From IMG/VR virus record IMGVR_UViG_3300042894_003937: 64,000 bases of DNA, one strand, 5' to 3'. Source of the DNA: a virus (lineage: Duplodnaviria; Heunggongvirae; Uroviricota; Caudoviricetes). This document shows positions 18,626 to 27,058 of the stretch, one piece after another; the first letter of the stretch is position 1; each line of letters opens with the position of its first letter. The position numbers were made by a program, and so were the translations under genes. The notes below the pieces were generated by a model that saw nothing but the letters and a program-made list of their open reading frames with translations, was not told the origin of the DNA and searched no databases.

Positions 18626-18751
18626 ATGAAAGATATGTTACCAGTGGGTTCATTTTATGTTACCTATGAAGATGTTAGACCATATTGGAGACCTGTTATA
18701 CTAGCGAGAAAGTATAAGATTAAAAGGATTCTGTCATGGCGATTCCTTTAG
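18626..18751 (+). CDS. tiny basic peptide, Fam-D (..WRPVILARKYKIKRILSWRFL), 41 aa
   Basis: Translated by hand; below the ORF-track cut-off; shares the RKxKIKRI core with seven other tiny ORFs. Confidence 0.35.
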   Translation: MKDMLPVGSFYVTYEDVRPYWRPVILARKYKIKRILSWRFL

Positions 18752-18762
18752 TCCCATATGGT

Positions 18763-18864
18763 ATGAGTTATGCTGATTGGGCTAAACGGGTTCATAGACC
18801 GACGAATTTAAAGTGGATAAGAAAGAACTCACGAATGAGAAAGATTAAAAGGATATATGAATAA
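18763..18864 (+). CDS. tiny basic peptide, Fam-D (MSYADWAKRVHRPTNLKWIRKNSRMRKIKRIYE), 33 aa
   Basis: Hand translation; RMRKIKRIYE core. Confidence 0.35.
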   Translation: MSYADWAKRVHRPTNLKWIRKNSRMRKIKRIYE

Positions 18865-18868
18865 TGAT

Positions 18869-18905
18869 AAAACCCACTTAATAGTGGGTTTATCTGTTAT
18901 TATTT
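18869..18905. terminator. hairpin terminator aaaacccact-taat-agtgggttt plus T-rich tail; identical copy at 21755-21790
   Basis: 9-10 bp GC-containing stem, 4-nt loop, followed by atctgttattattt. Confidence 0.55.
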
Positions 18906-18929
18906 ATATACTATTATAAAAAAAAATAA

Positions 18930-19451
18930 TTAAAATGCGTATTGATCAAATGATTTATATCTTTCTCCTTCTTTATATTTATCAAATTTCACTCTTGTAG
19001 ATGTACCGTTATAAATATAACCTTCATTAAATTCTAAAATATATGTTAAATTCCCATCTTTGTAAGAAATTGATTCTTGATCAACATCTAAAACTTCGAA
19101 GTCTTGACCATCTATTGTTATGTAATCATTATTAGGTTGATAGTTTAAACTAATGTTACCTTGAACGGCAGTATTTATAAATTGTTGGGAATTGATAATA
19201 TAATTTTCATTTCCGGGGTTATAATATTTAAGTACTAATTCGGCATTTATCACGAATCCTTTTTCAGGATTTATGTGTTTTTGTTTAACTACGTTTTCTA
19301 TGTTATCATCGGGTGTACATGATTGAAAAGGACTTCCAAGTAGACATGCACCCATAGCGGCACCAATAATTGCTTTCTTACCGAAGTTTGCTAAGCCTTC
19401 GTTAGTTTCTTCACTTTTAGTGAATTTATTAAAATCGTTTAAATATTTCAT
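18930..19451 (-). CDS. secreted/lipoprotein-like protein with Fam-A-type leader (MKYLNDFNKF)
   Basis: Hydrophobic segment AIIGAAMGACLLGSPFQSC after the leader. Confidence 0.55.
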   Translation of the reverse strand: MKYLNDFNKFTKSEETNEGLANFGKKAIIGAAMGACLLGSPFQSCTPDDNIENVVKQKHINPEKGFVINAELVLKYYNPGNENYIINSQQFINTAVQGNISLNYQPNNDYITIDGQDFEVLDVDQESISYKDGNLTYILEFNEGYIYNGTSTRVKFDKYKEGERYKSFDQYAF

Positions 19452-19551
19452 TTTTTGATTATTTTTTTAAGTATATATTATTATTTAAAAATAATTTTTC
19501 TCTGTGTTTAATTAAAGATGATGGTAGACATAAATTGTTACTATATAATTT

Positions 19552-20169
19552 ATGATTATATATACAGACAAAAGTCAATCAGAAGAGGTTGAACCACATC
19601 CAGAACTAATTTTATACTTTCAAGAGACACAAAAATTTTCAGGAAAACTACCAGATGATTATAATGAGGGAAATGAATTCTACAATATAGTAAGTAATAT
19701 TGAACAAAATATATTTTTATTAGATAGATTAAATGAAAGAAATCTACTTAAAGAAAATAACAATATGATAGATTGTGGAATAGGTCTTGGATTTTCTCTT
19801 TTTGATTTTTATTTACAATCTCTTAGTTTAAATAGAAATTTCACATTCACTGGAATTGAAAAACAAAAAATATATGTTGATTATCTTAAAGAAAATCTAC
19901 TATCATTTTGGAATGAAGAGTTGAATATAATTGAAGATGATATAATGAATCATAGTTACAGTGATTATAATATTGTTTATTCATACACACCATTTCGTTC
20001 TGGAAAAAGTTTAAATGAGTTTTATAATAAAATAGCTTATGAAGTAAAAAGTGGTTCAATTATAATTGAGAATGCTAATTGGGGATTAGGTTATCATGAT
20101 TTGTTAAAAAATATTGATTTGTTAGAACCTATTGAGATAGATGATATACATATTTTTGTAAAAAGATAA
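19552..20169 (+). CDS. hypothetical protein, possible SAM-methyltransferase fold (MIDCGIGLG)
   Basis: Gly-rich motif-I-like segment; weak. Confidence 0.45.
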   Translation: MIIYTDKSQSEEVEPHPELILYFQETQKFSGKLPDDYNEGNEFYNIVSNIEQNIFLLDRLNERNLLKENNNMIDCGIGLGFSLFDFYLQSLSLNRNFTFTGIEKQKIYVDYLKENLLSFWNEELNIIEDDIMNHSYSDYNIVYSYTPFRSGKSLNEFYNKIAYEVKSGSIIIENANWGLGYHDLLKNIDLLEPIEIDDIHIFVKR

Positions 20170-20264
20170 TTTCATTATAAAATAGGTTGGAGTCTACTCT
20201 TCTGATCTTATCAACCCGTCATCCAATACAAAGATAAGAAGATTATATGGTTCTACCAAGTAAA

Positions 20265-20294
20265 GCGTATAAAATCCGTACGTTTTTTACACGC
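20265..20294. promoter_or_regulatory. palindromic element P2 (gcgtataaaatccgtacgttttttacacgc)
   Basis: Copy of P1/P3; shares upstream tatgg.t.ctaccaa with the P1 flank. Confidence 0.45.
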
Positions 20295-20334
20295 TTTATA
20301 ATAAAACTTATCATTACAGGTTCTATATAATTAT

Positions 20335-20457
20335 ATGGGTTGGGTAAATAAGAATGTTTGGATAGATGAACCAGAGGATGATGGGATAAGTCATTTCAAG
20401 TTTTTGAGAAGGATTAGAAGGAAAACAAAGATAAAAAGGTTATTTGTCTGTATTTAA
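20335..20457 (+). CDS. tiny basic peptide, Fam-D (..HFKFLRRIRRKTKIKRLFVCI), 40 aa
   Basis: Hand translation; RRKTKIKRLF core. Confidence 0.35.
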   Translation: MGWVNKNVWIDEPEDDGISHFKFLRRIRRKTKIKRLFVCI

Positions 20458-20764
20458 AGGAAAGTGTATTGTGGAGAAAGGTGATATAGTGCAAAGCACT
20501 CTCTGCGTGGGTGGAGTATTAGTTTGTAGGAAGACTTATTGTAGATATGTTTTATATAATCGTAGTTGGTCGAGAAATATAAGTGGTAAGAGTTATATTA
20601 TAATGGCGATAAAGGAAAGTGTAAATGTTTATGTTTCTAATGAAGAGGGAGGTTCTATGTTATTTTCTTTATATGATGATGGTAAGTTACCATATTTAGG
20701 GGATTATTTTATTTCGTTGGTGGATTTTCGTGAGGAAAAATTAGAACAAATTATAGGTAAATGA
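20444..20764 (+). CDS. small protein with C-terminal tail motif (..DFREEKLEQIIGK); start may be the internal ATG at 20603
   Basis: 106-aa ORF; stop overlaps the purN start (ATGA). Confidence 0.45.
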   Translation: MSVFKGKCIVEKGDIVQSTLCVGGVLVCRKTYCRYVLYNRSWSRNISGKSYIIMAIKESVNVYVSNEEGGSMLFSLYDDGKLPYLGDYFISLVDFREEKLEQIIGK

Positions 20765-21336
20765 AAAAGATTATACTTTTTGCTTCGGGTAATGGTTCTA
20801 ATGTTGAGAATATCATTGAATATTTCAATGCAGGTGAAGTTACTGTTGTGGGTGTTTTTACTAATAACTCAAATGCTAAGGTTTTAGAAAAGGTTAGTAG
20901 GTATGGTATTCAAACGGTAATTTTCAGTAGGGAAGATTTTACTTCGGGATTTGTTTTAGATAAGATAATTTCGTTTGAACCGGATTTAATTGTTTTGGCG
21001 GGATTTCTTTGGAAGATACCTGAATCGATTATTAGTTATTATACTAATAGAATAATCAATATACATCCTTCTTTATTACCAAAATATGGAGGAAAGGGTA
21101 TGTATGGAATGAATGTTCATCAATCTGTTTTAGACAATCGTGACAAGGAAACTGGGATTACTATTCATTATGTGAATAATGATTATGATGATGGTGAATT
21201 CATTTTTCAACAAAGTGTGATGATTGATGATTGTTTTTCCGCTGCTGATATTGCGGTTAAAATACATGAGTTGGAATATAGGTATTTACCTGTTGTAATA
21301 AAAAGAATACTGATTGGATATGAAAAATTGGGATAA
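20761..21336 (+). CDS. purN: phosphoribosylglycinamide formyltransferase
   Basis: ILFASGNGSN, LIVLAGFL, NIHPSLLPKYGG and H..V..G.TIHYV are collinear with PurN. Confidence 0.88.
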   Translation: MKKIILFASGNGSNVENIIEYFNAGEVTVVGVFTNNSNAKVLEKVSRYGIQTVIFSREDFTSGFVLDKIISFEPDLIVLAGFLWKIPESIISYYTNRIINIHPSLLPKYGGKGMYGMNVHQSVLDNRDKETGITIHYVNNDYDDGEFIFQQSVMIDDCFSAADIAVKIHELEYRYLPVVIKRILIGYEKLG

Positions 21337-21562
21337 TTTGGCTGTTACAGATAAGTTTAACATTACTGGTCGTGGAGTTGTGTTGATTGTTGATTTCATT
21401 AAGTCTGGTTTATGTACAGAGGTATGGGAGAAGGATTTACCGAAAATTGACGTGGGAGACACGATTTTATATGAAGGTATAACTTATACTATACGAGCTA
21501 TAGATAGTTCAAGGAACACGTTTAATGGTCGTTTAATGACAAGGATAGGAGTATTGGTTTGA
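21314..21562 (+). CDS. hypothetical protein
   Basis: 82-aa ORF overlapping the purN end. Confidence 0.45.
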   Translation: MDMKNWDNLAVTDKFNITGRGVVLIVDFIKSGLCTEVWEKDLPKIDVGDTILYEGITYTIRAIDSSRNTFNGRLMTRIGVLV

Positions 21563-21564
21563 TT

Positions 21565-21699
21565 ATGGATTTAAAATTGAGGATTACGGACTCTATTGAG
21601 AGGAAGTTGGGTTTAAAGGATTCGGGGTTGATAAGTTCTTATTCGTTATATAATACGATTAGGCGGATGCAGATTATAAGTAATTTGTTTAAAAAATAA
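21565..21699 (+). CDS. tiny basic peptide, divergent Fam-D (..LKLRITDSIERKLG..IRRMQIISNLFKK), 44 aa
   Basis: Hand translation; Arg-rich; same island type. Confidence 0.3.
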   Translation: MDLKLRITDSIERKLGLKDSGLISSYSLYNTIRRMQIISNLFKK

Positions 21700-21754
21700 C
21701 CGGATTTTAAACAATGAGACTTGGTATTCTATATTAGAATGAGTTGGATATGAT

Positions 21755-21790
21755 AAAACCCACTTAATAGTGGGTTTATCTGTTATTATT
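21755..21790. terminator. hairpin terminator identical to the one at 18869-18905
   Basis: gataaaacccacttaatagtgggtttatctgttattattt. Confidence 0.55.
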
Positions 21791-21799
21791 TTAGTTAAC

Positions 21800-22390
21800 T
21801 TAGTTGTATACTCTGATTTCTATTGGACTTGATTGTAAAAGGTCATTAAACGGTGTATTATCATAAGAAGTATGTAACTGCATAGTTCCTGTAGTTGTTA
21901 AATCAATTCCTAATATATAGGTGCCACCACTTCCACCATAAGGTAAACCCATAGCCCATGTTTTATTAGTAAACGCTCCATTTATTATATATCCTCCTAC
22001 TCCATTATAAGAAAAAGTAGGTGTAAATCCTAAAGTATTTTCTAACACAACAGCAGTTGGAGCTGCTGTACCACTCTGTGTTAATAAAGCAGTATAAACT
22101 GAGTATAACGGTAATGCAGATGTTCCGGAAGTACCATTTAAACCAGAGGTTCCAGAAGTACCATTTATACCAGAAGTTCCAGAGGTTCCAGAGGTTCCAG
22201 AAGTACCATTTATACCAGAAGTTCCATTTATACCAGAAGTACCAGAGGTTCCAGCTATACCAGAAGTTCCAGAAGTACCAGAGTTTGATTGTGTTAAACC
22301 AGCTAACTGATCTTCTAAATAGTGAAAGTTGTTATCCATTTGAGCAACTGATAATGCTCCGTCTTGTTCTGATCTATATGTAATACCCAT
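21800..22390 (-). CDS. collagen-like repeat tail-fibre-like protein, short paralog (Gly-Thr-Ser triplets)
   Basis: N-terminal 33 aa identical to the 22497..24305 product; (GTS)n/(GIN) triplet run; shared C-terminal domain ending PIEIRVYN. Confidence 0.7.
   Translation of the reverse strand: MGITYRSEQDGALSVAQMDNNFHYLEDQLAGLTQSNSGTSGTSGIAGTSGTSGINGTSGINGTSGTSGTSGTSGINGTSGTSGLNGTSGTSALPLYSVYTALLTQSGTAAPTAVVLENTLGFTPTFSYNGVGGYIINGAFTNKTWAMGLPYGGSGGTYILGIDLTTTGTMQLHTSYDNTPFNDLLQSSPIEIRVYN
22287..22390. repeat. about 104-bp near-identical repeat (fibre gene 5' end), copy 1
   Basis: Matches 24202..24305 apart from a few substitutions. Confidence 0.6.
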
Positions 22391-22455
22391 TTTTTATATT
22401 TTTTTTATACTACTCTTTTATTTTGATATAAATAAATGTAGCTCTCTGTGAAACA

Positions 22456-22485
22456 GTGTATAAAATCTGTACGTTTTTTATACAC
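22456..22485. promoter_or_regulatory. palindromic element P3 (gtgtataaaatctgtacgttttttatacac)
   Basis: Copy of P1/P2; lies in the upstream region of the short fibre gene. Confidence 0.45.
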
Positions 22486-22496
22486 CTTTAACAAAT

Positions 22497-24305
22497 TTAG
22501 TTATATACTCTTATTTCGATTGGAGTTCTTAATATTAAATCGTCTGCACCAGTACTACTCTGATTAGTTGCTATATATATATCATTAGAAGTAGTGTCTT
22601 CATTATCAACATAAAAGTCATAATCATTGATAGCCCAATGATTTTTACAAAAGAACACTACGGTTTTTAATAAAGGAAATCCACCAGTACTACTTAAAAA
22701 ATATAAACCGGGAGAGTCTCTATTCCAAACGGGAGTAAAACCTAAAGTATTTTCTAACACAGAGGCTGTTGGTGATGCTGTACCACTCTGTGTTAATATA
22801 GCGGTATAAACTTTATATTTTGGTGCATAAGCCGTAGTTTGAACCGAATTATCTGGGAATGTTATACTTCCAGTTGTACCAAATACCCAGTTTTCAGGTC
22901 CATCATTATCACCAGTTTGTATAGTAACAGTTCCATTATCAGCAATCACTCTACCACTCTGATAACGAATTATTTCTATATCTATTCCAGTTATAGCCAA
23001 ACTCGCAGTTGGTGCATTCTGGTCCACGGTTAAAACTATTGGGTTTGACTGGACCTTATTCGTGATATTTAGGCTTACTGCTGTAGTTGGATCGTAAAAC
23101 ACTGTAAATATGTCTGTTGCTACTTGATAACCGTTTATGAAATTTACTAGAGTTGAATCTGGATTAGTAATAGTTATCAGATTGCCAGACCATGTAGCAG
23201 AATCATAGTTAGATCCTACAGAGCAACTTGCAGAATCTTGAGTGTATAAATTCTTTGAATTTATTTGTACTGTTTTACTAGTGTCACTAACTTTTAAGTT
23301 ATTATCTTCACCACCAATGAATAGATCAGTTGCACTATCATCGATAGGACCACCTGCACGAATATGTATATGATTAGGACTTCCTTCAGTAGGATCTAAT
23401 ATAATGTATTGGTCAGTTTCTAAAGAAGAATCTGGTTTTAATACTATTATTGGACCAAGACCAAGATTGACTGATTCTATTTGACTACCATTAGAATTTA
23501 TAGCACCAGTAATATTCACATCACCATCTACATCTAAAGCTACTGATGGATTGGTTGTTCCTATACCTATCTTACCATCATTAGTAATTCTCATTCTTTC
23601 ATCACCATCAGTTTGCACGATTACGTTTCCTCCCGCGGTGCCTCCACCTCCTGCGTTTATAACGATATTACCACCAGTATTAGCTCCGTAACCAGATTCA
23701 ATGTATACTTCACCACCATAACCATTATTACTTTGTCCTGCATATATTTCAACAAAACCACCATCACCTGTATCTGTGTATCCACCTCTTATCTTAACTG
23801 TACCTCCTTCTGAGATACCTTCTCCTGCATCAACTTTAATATCTCCACCATTTTGTCCTTTACCGGCCCATAGGTAAATGTCTCCACCTTCGCCACTGTA
23901 GGTAAGTCCATTTTGATAACTATCACCACCAGATATGACTAATCTTTCAACGGTCGGAGCAGATCCTGTTCCATCTTGAGTTGATATGATTTTTTGGTAT
24001 ACACTTCCTTTTTCAAATTGAAGGTTATCTCCGCTTCCTGTTCTTTGGTTACCTGGTAAGAATGGAAAACTAATTGCACCGGTTGTACCAAACCCTGCAG
24101 GTCCTGTAGCACCTTGTGGTCCAGTAGGTCCTTGAGGTCCTGTAGCACCATTTATACCAGAAGGTCCTGTAGCACCGGCAGGTCCAGTAGCACCAGAACC
24201 AGAGTTTGTTAAACCAGCTAACTGATCTTCTAAATAGTGAAAGTTGTTATCCATTTGAGCAACTGATAATGCACCGTCTTGTTCTGATCTATATGTAATA
24301 CCCAT
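22497..24305 (-). CDS. collagen-like repeat tail-fibre-like protein, long paralog
   Basis: 602 aa; G-X-Y collagen-like repeats (GATGPAGATGPSG..); Gly-rich beta-rich middle; C-terminal domain shared with the short paralog. Confidence 0.75.
   Translation of the reverse strand: MGITYRSEQDGALSVAQMDNNFHYLEDQLAGLTNSGSGATGPAGATGPSGINGATGPQGPTGPQGATGPAGFGTTGAISFPFLPGNQRTGSGDNLQFEKGSVYQKIISTQDGTGSAPTVERLVISGGDSYQNGLTYSGEGGDIYLWAGKGQNGGDIKVDAGEGISEGGTVKIRGGYTDTGDGGFVEIYAGQSNNGYGGEVYIESGYGANTGGNIVINAGGGGTAGGNVIVQTDGDERMRITNDGKIGIGTTNPSVALDVDGDVNITGAINSNGSQIESVNLGLGPIIVLKPDSSLETDQYIILDPTEGSPNHIHIRAGGPIDDSATDLFIGGEDNNLKVSDTSKTVQINSKNLYTQDSASCSVGSNYDSATWSGNLITITNPDSTLVNFINGYQVATDIFTVFYDPTTAVSLNITNKVQSNPIVLTVDQNAPTASLAITGIDIEIIRYQSGRVIADNGTVTIQTGDNDGPENWVFGTTGSITFPDNSVQTTAYAPKYKVYTAILTQSGTASPTASVLENTLGFTPVWNRDSPGLYFLSSTGGFPLLKTVVFFCKNHWAINDYDFYVDNEDTTSNDIYIATNQSSTGADDLILRTPIEIRVYN
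24202..24305. repeat. about 104-bp near-identical repeat (fibre gene 5' end), copy 2
   Basis: Matches 22287..22390. Confidence 0.6.
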
Positions 24306-24353
24306 GATTTATATTTATGTTTTTTTATATACTATATATTTAATATAAATATT

Positions 24354-24385
24354 AAAAAAACCCACTATTAAGCGGGTTTGTTTTT
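24354..24385. terminator. hairpin aaaccc-N10-gggttt plus T-run (variant of the 18869 hairpin)
   Basis: aaaaaaacccactattaagcgggtttgttttt. Confidence 0.45.
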
Positions 24386-24935
24386 ATTTAACGGCTACTA
24401 TTTCAAAGTAACCGTTATGATCAATTGAACCAACATCAGCAACTCTAGCTTCTTCACCTTTATCTAAACGACAATAAATTCCTACTTCACCTTTCAACTG
24501 AGTAGTATTATAATAATTATTAGTCGGTATATCTTGATATTCTGTTCCATATGAAGAATAGATACCTATTTCACCAGCTTCTTTATTGTATTTTATAAAA
24601 TAATTATTTGTTGGTATATCCTGACTACGACTTCTATAATCTTCAATGTCTTTTGGATCGTAATTCTTGAATAGTAGGTAGTATTCACCATGTTTCATTT
24701 CCAAACCTTTAGCTTCTTTATGTGATAAAGAAGGAGTTGATGCTAAATCTATCCAACTACCGAAATAAAACCAGTTATCTCTTGGCGGCGTTAAAGCAAT
24801 TGCCGATTTAATATAATTATCCCAAAATTTATCATAACCACTCTGAGTAAATTTAACAACAATTTTATCAGGGTTGTTTTTCGTATTTTCATAATTATAT
24901 TCATTAAACTCCTCAAATAATTTTACGTATTTCAT
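24384..24935 (-). CDS. hypothetical protein with MKYVKLFEEF leader and internal YQDIPTNNY repeat
   Basis: 183 aa; two copies of QDIPTNNY..GE(I/V)GIY. Confidence 0.55.
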   Translation of the reverse strand: MKYVKLFEEFNEYNYENTKNNPDKIVVKFTQSGYDKFWDNYIKSAIALTPPRDNWFYFGSWIDLASTPSLSHKEAKGLEMKHGEYYLLFKNYDPKDIEDYRSRSQDIPTNNYFIKYNKEAGEIGIYSSYGTEYQDIPTNNYYNTTQLKGEVGIYCRLDKGEEARVADVGSIDHNGYFEIVAVK

Positions 24936-24985
24936 AATCTTTTATATTTTTTTATATTAAGCGGTATTTCATAATTTTTTTAATT

Positions 24986-25390
24986 CTAATTGAAGATCAA
25001 ACCATTTAATGTAGAAGGATCCACTTTACAATCTCTTTCATCGAATGCCATAAGAATTTTATCACCTTCGTGTAATACACCGATAAGTTTATCATCCATT
25101 CCTTGATCAATAAGTTCTACTACAGAGAATTTCTTCTCACCATTTACATATTGTTTCCAAAATGTTTCAGCTCTTGGTCTAGTTAATCCAAATCCTGTCT
25201 CGTACGATGGATTACCATAAAGACACCATAACACTGGTTTATTATTTTCTTCAATCCATTCAGAAACAGTTAGACAAAAATCACCATGTTCTTCTGGTCC
25301 AAATGTATGTGTAGAAAACATCTTACCATTTGGGTTTTGATACTTAACTTCTTCATTAGTGAAGTTTTCAAATAATTTTACGTATTTCAT
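24986..25390 (-). CDS. hypothetical protein with MKYVKLFENF leader
   Basis: 134 aa. Confidence 0.5.
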   Translation of the reverse strand: MKYVKLFENFTNEEVKYQNPNGKMFSTHTFGPEEHGDFCLTVSEWIEENNKPVLWCLYGNPSYETGFGLTRPRAETFWKQYVNGEKKFSVVELIDQGMDDKLIGVLHEGDKILMAFDERDCKVDPSTLNGLIFN

Positions 25391-25667
25391 AATTGTTTAT
25401 TTTTTTTTCTTATAGTATATATTATTTAATTTCTACTATATTTTTATTCTTTAACACAATAAATTGAGATAGGATAAAGCCAGTGACATTTAGTGGAGAT
25501 AGAGTATAACATATCACCACCTAACATCTTTGTCATCTTGTGAATCAAGAGAATATTTTTTATAGTATATATATTATAGAAATTAAAATTTATTGATAAA
25601 AAGTGTGAATTATATAAAAATCGTTTTTTTTAATAAATATATACTTTTATAAAAAATAATTAAAATT

Positions 25668-26171
25668 ATGAAACACATTAAAGAATTTAATCAAATCAAC
25701 GAAGGTAAAGGTGATTGGATAAGAACAATACAAACACTTTTTGATAAATCTGACGTAGGATCTTTTTCTGGTGATGAAATGGATTTCGAAATGTTTCAGA
25801 AATGGGATAATTTATTACCATATCTTGATCAATATGGTGAAATAAATAACTCTAAGCCTTTAGGTCCTATTGAAGAAACTATTAGACATTTTGAAAATAA
25901 ACAATTAAAGAAAGAATTTATTCCAATGCAAGATATTTCAAAAGAAGAGAAGGAAATCAAAAAGAGAGAAGGCACTCCAAAAGTTTATACTGCCTTCGGA
26001 GAACATGAATGGAATTTAGATAGTTATAATAAAGAATATCAAGATGGTGTTAAAAAACTTAGAAAAGCTTGGATGAGTTTCTTAAAAGAGGCGGGTACAT
26101 TTGCGGGAAAGGCTCATTTTGATATTGATATTGAACCTGGTAGAAAAGTTATTGGAGTACCCAGAAAGTAA
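25668..26171 (+). CDS. hypothetical protein with MKHIKEFNQ leader
   Basis: 167 aa. Confidence 0.5.
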   Translation: MKHIKEFNQINEGKGDWIRTIQTLFDKSDVGSFSGDEMDFEMFQKWDNLLPYLDQYGEINNSKPLGPIEETIRHFENKQLKKEFIPMQDISKEEKEIKKREGTPKVYTAFGEHEWNLDSYNKEYQDGVKKLRKAWMSFLKEAGTFAGKAHFDIDIEPGRKVIGVPRK

Positions 26172-26271
26172 GATTTGAACCATTAAAATCATCATTGACA
26201 CAAATTTAGATGCTGATTACAAATTCGTAGTTCTAAATAGAAACTAAAATAATAAATTATACAAACAAAAT

Positions 26272-26302
26272 AAAAAAACCAGTTAAAGACTGGTTTTTTT
26301 AT
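26272..26302. terminator. bidirectional hairpin aaaaaaaccagt-taaag-actggttttttt
   Basis: Perfect 12-bp stem flanked by A- and T-runs, between convergent genes. Confidence 0.55.
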
Positions 26303-26499
26303 TCTACCTTCTTTTCTATTCTATTTGTTTTCGTATTAAATAACATATCACCACCTATAATCTCATACGCTATCCCATTTATAACCTTTGTTTTACCGTG
26401 GTCTTTATGTGAACGTATTGTTTTGAGTAAGGTTGAATTATCTTCACAGAAAACTCTGTGAGGTGCTTTTCTAGTAGTAGTTGCCATTAGTTTATACAA
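26299..26499 (-). CDS. small hypothetical protein
   Basis: 66 aa. Confidence 0.45.
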   Translation of the reverse strand: MYKLMATTTRKAPHRVFCEDNSTLLKTIRSHKDHGKTKVINGIAYEIIGGDMLFNTKTNRIEKKVE

Positions 26500-26687
26500 A
26501 CAGCATTTACATCTTCATCACCTTCTTGGAACTCCATATCTTCATAGTAACCTTTGGATGGTGTATAATGAACTTCTTGGAACCCATTACCTTCATCATC
26601 ACGTGAGTAGATAACATCCATATCTAATGTTTCTGGGTTTGCTTCGGCAAACTTTTGTAATTGTTCGATATATTCTCTTAGTTTCAT
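26487..26687 (-). CDS. small acidic hypothetical protein
   Basis: 66 aa. Confidence 0.45.
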   Translation of the reverse strand: MKLREYIEQLQKFAEANPETLDMDVIYSRDDEGNGFQEVHYTPSKGYYEDMEFQEGDEDVNAVCIN

Positions 26688-27058
26688 TTTATATTTAATT
26701 GTTTTAGTTTATCTTCTCTTATTTCTGCAATTGATCTAGTATGTAATAACATTTCTTTTTTAATCTTCCAATGCCAATATTGTGTATAAGGATCAAAAAA
26801 CGGTATGAAGTCTTTATGTATGTAACCATTGGTTAGTTTAATAGTTTCATCTTGTTTAAAGTATAAAACTGCACCAGGTTTATCTTTAGATGTGAATGTA
26901 ATGAATATTTCATTATTACTACTCAATATATAATCTTTATTCTTTATAACAAGATAGGTTTCTTTATAATACTTATACTTTGGATAGTAAGTTAAGAATG
27001 AAGCAAGCCAAAATATACTTATTACTACCAGTAATACTGAAGTCAAGATTAGTATCAT
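26684..27058 (-). CDS. membrane protein (N-terminal TM) with tail motif (..IREDKLKQLNIK)
   Basis: 124 aa. Confidence 0.5.
   Translation of the reverse strand: MILILTSVLLVVISIFWLASFLTYYPKYKYYKETYLVIKNKDYILSSNNEIFITFTSKDKPGAVLYFKQDETIKLTNGYIHKDFIPFFDPYTQYWHWKIKKEMLLHTRSIAEIREDKLKQLNIK

Noticed and set aside
18318-18653. 111-aa minus-strand ORF overlapping the RHH gene
   Set aside because: Low-complexity, Phe/Leu-rich translation antisense to a well-formed RHH reading frame; it spans the P1/promoter region. Judged a spurious antisense ORF.
19552-20169. Possible amino-methyltransferase (motif-I-like MIDCGIGLG and YSYTPF resembling a D/NPPY motif)
   Set aside because: Spacing and the remaining motifs are not convincing by eye; kept only as a weak possibility in the feature call.
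22100-22260. Tandem 9-bp nucleotide repeats (ccagaagtaccagaggttccag..) that could be mistaken for a CRISPR-like or VNTR array
   Set aside because: Units are contiguous with no spacers and lie in frame inside a gene, encoding Gly-Thr-Ser triplets. It is a coding collagen-like repeat, not a CRISPR array. No CRISPR array was found anywhere in the window.
22057-22383. 108-aa plus-strand ORF with QKF/YHLYQKF repeats inside the short fibre gene
   Set aside because: It is the antisense read-out of the (GTS)n collagen-like nucleotide repeat; mirror repeats are expected from tandem 9-bp units. The same applies to 22839..23033, 23613..23813 and 23939..24151 inside the long fibre gene.
25507-26365. 16-mer AACATATCACCACCTA present twice (25508-25523 intergenic; 26340-26355 inside the 26299..26499 gene, encoding GGDML)
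   Set aside because: The first copy sits in a possible tiny minus-strand ORF (..KMLGGDMLYSIS..), a weak paralog remnant of the second. There are too few data to call a repeat element; probably a decayed duplication.
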